A DNA stretch of 64,000 nt from a virus. The notes under the pieces were generated by a model. That model made no database searches and was not told the origin of the DNA. It saw only the letters and a list, made by a program, of their open reading frames with translations. Both the position numbers and the translations under genes were made by a program. Within the stretch, counting starts at the first letter, position 1. Each line of letters opens with the position of its first letter. This document shows, piece after piece, positions 60,476-64,000 of the stretch. The stretch covers positions 27,136-91,135 of IMG/VR virus record IMGVR_UViG_3300028883_000992; one strand, 5' to 3'.

Positions 60476-61667
60476 CAACACTCCTATATTTCTCGTATCG
60501 CCCTGCTTTCCAATAAGGTTCCATTTCCCCATTAACCATTTTAAGAAATTTTTCCTTACTGGCATCATACCCGTAATTTTCTACTTTATCAAAAGCATAA
60601 TCCTGACACTCTCTATAAAACTTCTTATCCTTAACAAGTCTTATAAGTAACTCACCCTGTTCATCAACATGACCTCTTGGTGTAGTCAATTCAGGAAAAA
60701 GTATAGGTTGCAAGTCTGTACAGTCGCTACCAATAAGCGGTGTATTTAAAGAAGCAAACTCAACTGGACTTCTACCATAATTATTAAACCAATGATAGCT
60801 ATCTACTCCTGCATAAGTTTCAGCAACACGTTCAACCCAATCAGAATGTTGACACCCAAATTCAACATGATCAATACCAAGACTTTTAAGGTGTGTCATA
60901 AAATTCTGATTACCATCTAACAACACAAAAATATTGGGAAATGCATAACCACATGAACGATACGCTTGATTAACCAAATAAGGCATATACCATTCATTAT
61001 CATAACGATGAATAACTGTCCTTATAATATCGGATTTAACATTTTTCTTAGATAGACCGATCTTTTTTAATGGTGCAATGTTAGTAGGGTGATGAATTAA
61101 ATAAATATCCTTACGTCCTTCTAAAAGAGCATACATAGCATGACCCTGTATTGGTTCTGATGTAAATAAGAAATCACACTGCTCTAAAACATGCTTCATA
61201 TACCCCGGACTAAATGCATCAACCTCTTTCCACATCTGCACAGCATAATCAACATGAAAAATTGTAATAGGTCTGGAGTCTAAAACCTGTTCAAGTGTCT
61301 TTAATTCTTGCATACGTTGAGGTAACTCATAGTGTTTACCATCACTATGATGAACTACCTTGCGTTGATTACGATCCTCACTTTTAATAATTTGAACAGG
61401 ATCATCAATAACAGCCTTACCCATCTGCATTGCCCTATTAATCTCATCCGGTAACATAGAAAGATTTTCAGGACGAGACAATCCAATTAAAATAAAATCA
61501 GGTTTTTCTTCTTTAATTTTTTTCGGTGTATGTATGTCCCAACAAACAAAATTATTAGGATAATAAAAAACCCTATGCCAATTATAAAACCCACCTATAA
61601 CCAATTTATCATTAAATAAATTGTGGTGAATATGGTTAGCTAAATGTAGTAATTTATATTCTTTCAT
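60459..61667 (-). CDS. Putative GT-B glycosyltransferase
   Basis: NYGRSPVEFASLNTPLIGS nucleotide-sugar motif; C-terminal L..D..FY helix. Confidence 0.65.
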   Translation of the reverse strand: MKEYKLLHLANHIHHNLFNDKLVIGGFYNWHRVFYYPNNFVCWDIHTPKKIKEEKPDFILIGLSRPENLSMLPDEINRAMQMGKAVIDDPVQIIKSEDRNQRKVVHHSDGKHYELPQRMQELKTLEQVLDSRPITIFHVDYAVQMWKEVDAFSPGYMKHVLEQCDFLFTSEPIQGHAMYALLEGRKDIYLIHHPTNIAPLKKIGLSKKNVKSDIIRTVIHRYDNEWYMPYLVNQAYRSCGYAFPNIFVLLDGNQNFMTHLKSLGIDHVEFGCQHSDWVERVAETYAGVDSYHWFNNYGRSPVEFASLNTPLIGSDCTDLQPILFPELTTPRGHVDEQGELLIRLVKDKKFYRECQDYAFDKVENYGYDASKEKFLKMVNGEMEPYWKAGRYEKYRSVDDSSE

Positions 61668-61752
61668 ATAATTCCTTAATAAAAACTATAATATAGTAAT
61701 AACAAAATCTTATATTCCACCATAGTTTCCTAAAAAAAACTCTTCTGGTGTT

Positions 61753-62073
61753 TCATAGTTTCTCTATATTAAATGTTATCTTATATTTTCCAGTACCTAT
61801 TTTCTCTATATTGTCATGTATATCATTAAGTAATTCTGATAGACCCATAATATCTTTGTTTATACACTCAAGATATTTATCAATAGGTTCCTTTAAATAC
61901 GGGTCTAAAATCTGCTCCAATATCTTAATTCTCTCAGTAATAACCTTAGATTGCTGATATTTTTTACCTCTGGCATATGGCAAAAACAAAAATTCTGTTA
62001 CTGCCATTGCAAGTTTTCTAATATCCTTGCTCTCATTGTATGTCAATACTACTGTGTGTTTTGCCATTCCCAA
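61753..62073 (-). CDS. Hypothetical protein
   Basis: Co-oriented ORF. Confidence 0.6.
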   Translation of the reverse strand: MGMAKHTVVLTYNESKDIRKLAMAVTEFLFLPYARGKKYQQSKVITERIKILEQILDPYLKEPIDKYLECINKDIMGLSELLNDIHDNIEKIGTGKYKITFNIEKL

Positions 62074-63158
62074 TCTCCTAAACGTGGAGATATTTTATCT
62101 CCCCACCAATATAAACAATTTTTAGTCTGATGTAAAGAACATTTTTCACATACATTATACCGATTTTTAACATATTGTCCATCAATCATGGATCGAACTG
62201 TACCGACAATATCATTGTCTTCACATCCATCAATAGAGTAATATGACTCAGAATCTAATTTAATAAGGCTATCTGATTTTGGATAAATAAACTCAGTTCC
62301 CTTATTAAAAAATCCATTAACAAATGTATAAAAACGTAAATTAGTTGTTATACACTCATCAGGTATACCATCCCATACATACTTTTGATCTTTAGTTAAT
62401 GGCGATAAAATTACCCTATTGACATCAAAAAGCATAGATAAAGATGTCATAATAGACGACTGTGCACCAACAAGCACATCAATAACATCATTCATCATTA
62501 TACCTAAATTGACCATATCAATAGATGGCAATACCATAATATCCTTTTGATCTTTTACTAATTCTTGTATTATAGGTGCATACATTTGAGCATTAAATTG
62601 ATCTGGTGCTACATTAAATAAAACGAACCCAACCTCTAAATCCCTAAATTTTTCAATCAAAGACTTTAGCTTATCTGGAGACATCGTATAAAGTTGTGAT
62701 TTAGGATTATTTGGGATAGGATTGGTCAACATTATACCTATATACTTAGATTTACCAAGTTTAATAAGGCCATCACCTATATTTTTATAAAAGAAATCAT
62801 AGTCGTCTTTTATAAAACTAAATTTTAAGTCTCCATAACCTTCATCAATACACCGCTTCCACCCATCAGGTGTATCTAAATCTCCAAAATAATATTCAGG
62901 GTTCCAATTTTTATCAACCACAAAATTTTCATCAATTATTAGCTCATATTGAGTCCAAGTAGCTTTATTGCCATAAATAGATTGTAAAACCACTTCATCA
63001 ACAGCATTAGATCGCCTAAATAACTTAGTTTGATATTTATTACATCCAAAAAATATCTTAGCATCATCATATTTTTTTCTAAATAACGGGATCAAAGAAT
63101 AACCACAAAGCACATCATTGAAAGTGGGACTCCTTGACTCTATAAGAATTCTCTTCAT
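62049..63158 (-). CDS. GT9 (heptosyltransferase)-like glycosyltransferase
   Basis: NDVL....I..FRKKY.DAKI; VLVGAQSSI..LS..FDV..VIL (cf. GNDSG..HLA); C-terminal CxxC..C. Confidence 0.6.
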   Translation of the reverse strand: MKRILIESRSPTFNDVLCGYSLIPLFRKKYDDAKIFFGCNKYQTKLFRRSNAVDEVVLQSIYGNKATWTQYELIIDENFVVDKNWNPEYYFGDLDTPDGWKRCIDEGYGDLKFSFIKDDYDFFYKNIGDGLIKLGKSKYIGIMLTNPIPNNPKSQLYTMSPDKLKSLIEKFRDLEVGFVLFNVAPDQFNAQMYAPIIQELVKDQKDIMVLPSIDMVNLGIMMNDVIDVLVGAQSSIMTSLSMLFDVNRVILSPLTKDQKYVWDGIPDECITTNLRFYTFVNGFFNKGTEFIYPKSDSLIKLDSESYYSIDGCEDNDIVGTVRSMIDGQYVKNRYNVCEKCSLHQTKNCLYWWGDKISPRLGDWEWQNTQ

Positions 63159-63256
63159 TTATCCCTCAAAATCTTTTGTATCTCATATAATACTTCTCTT
63201 ATACCTTTAAGTTCTTCAATCAAAGAACCAAATAATTGTTTTTCCATCTCGTCCAT
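63155..63256 (-). CDS. Small hypothetical protein, 33 aa (not in ORF track)
   Basis: MDEMEKQLFGSLIEELKGIREVLYEIQKILRDK; abuts the upstream stop and is ATGA-coupled downstream. Confidence 0.6.
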   Translation of the reverse strand: MDEMEKQLFGSLIEELKGIREVLYEIQKILRDK

Positions 63257-64000
63257 TCATTTACCCCATTTACCTTGTCGATAAATTTCACCAATATATC
63301 CATAATTACCTATATCTATCAAGTTGTCTGAAATAGTTTCATTTTTAGGTTCTTTTGTACCCACATATTTTACATCATTAATATCTATTTCAAAACCCAT
63401 AAGATTCATAAACCTTATACACTTATCCCACAAGCGAGTTGCAAGTCCAACCATACCAGTACCTTTTATATTTGCAGGACTATAATCCATATTTTTTCTT
63501 ACATGGAGAAAATAAGCGGCAGATTGAATTTCTCTCATAGTTAAAAATTGAACCGAATATTTAACAAGATTATTTTTATTTTCATATAAATCATCCAAAT
63601 CATATGAAAAATCAATATCTAATTCACTTAACCAGTTTTTTTCATTTTGAGTAAGATCACCAAAGCACAGAAAATAAATTGGCATACCTAAAATCAGTGC
63701 ATACTTTATCTCTCTTTTTGTACCTTCAGACTCAAAAAAATCACCAAGTACCAAAAGGGCATCACACCCCAACATTAATTTAAGATACCCATCAGAAAAA
63801 ACCTGTTTATTACCATTTTCAATATCTTTTTCAAAATTAGAATTAAGATGTGGAGATACAGCAACTATACCATTTTCCCACAACTCAGTGCAAACATCAG
63901 CAGCATGCCTTATATTTTCTTGCACATTAGGATTTTTCTTACTATAATCCCCCTCAAAAGAAAATTTACCTGCTACATATACCATTGGATAATTTTTCAT
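63257..64000 (-). CDS. Nucleoside deoxyribosyltransferase-like (DUF4406) fused to DUF1599 nucleotide-modification-associated domain
   Basis: VYVAG...PHLN...CDALL...ESEG..RE..YA; KNMDY...RL.DK..R..NL...ETI.D.LIDIGNY. Confidence 0.75.
   Translation of the reverse strand: MKNYPMVYVAGKFSFEGDYSKKNPNVQENIRHAADVCTELWENGIVAVSPHLNSNFEKDIENGNKQVFSDGYLKLMLGCDALLVLGDFFESEGTKREIKYALILGMPIYFLCFGDLTQNEKNWLSELDIDFSYDLDDLYENKNNLVKYSVQFLTMREIQSAAYFLHVRKNMDYSPANIKGTGMVGLATRLWDKCIRFMNLMGFEIDINDVKYVGTKEPKNETISDNLIDIGNYGYIGEIYRQGKWGK

Noticed and set aside
61655-61756. T8 tract breaking a possible 33-aa ORF (MKHQKSFF-RKLWWNIRF...) as phase variation
   Set aside because: Too short to support; could be chance or a homopolymer error. 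Needs read data.
1-64000. Stop-codon reassignment (code 15 or 4)
   Set aside because: Standard-code ORFs tile the window densely, core genes are unbroken, and TAG and TGA both end genes at tight junctions.

Overview
A 64-kb segment of a large, AT-rich tailed dsDNA phage, probably a siphovirus (tape measure and tail tube present, no sheath seen); the host cannot be determined from this window. It has two convergent arms. The + strand (1-9.9 kb) carries an amidase, a nucleotidyltransferase, RecA, a macrodomain, DnaE, Lar-like and antitoxin-like genes, and a primase. The - strand (64-9.9 kb) carries a nucleotide/glycosyl-modification cluster, beta clamp and sigma factor, then terminase, portal, protease, scaffold and capsid, a 14-kb accessory virion block, and neck, tail tube, chaperones, tape measure and tail tip genes. 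The most notable observations are: (1) two permuted enzymes, an Amidase_3 with its first Zn-ligand motifs moved to the C-terminus and a DnaG primase with a C-terminal CHC2 finger; (2) two proteins built from a 14-residue repeat that bracket a cassette of signal-peptide-bearing carbohydrate-active proteins inside the head-neck region; (3) a repeated 21-bp promoter-like motif, one copy followed by tandem, cross-pairing terminator hairpins ahead of the terminase genes; (4) a perfect hairpin burying the RBS at the tail chaperone G/T junction; (5) a glycosyltransferase/deaminase/DUF1599 modification cluster followed by degenerate or stand-alone enzyme domains. All family calls come from motifs read by eye, not database searches. 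No tRNA, CRISPR array, intein, reverse transcriptase or alternative genetic code was seen.
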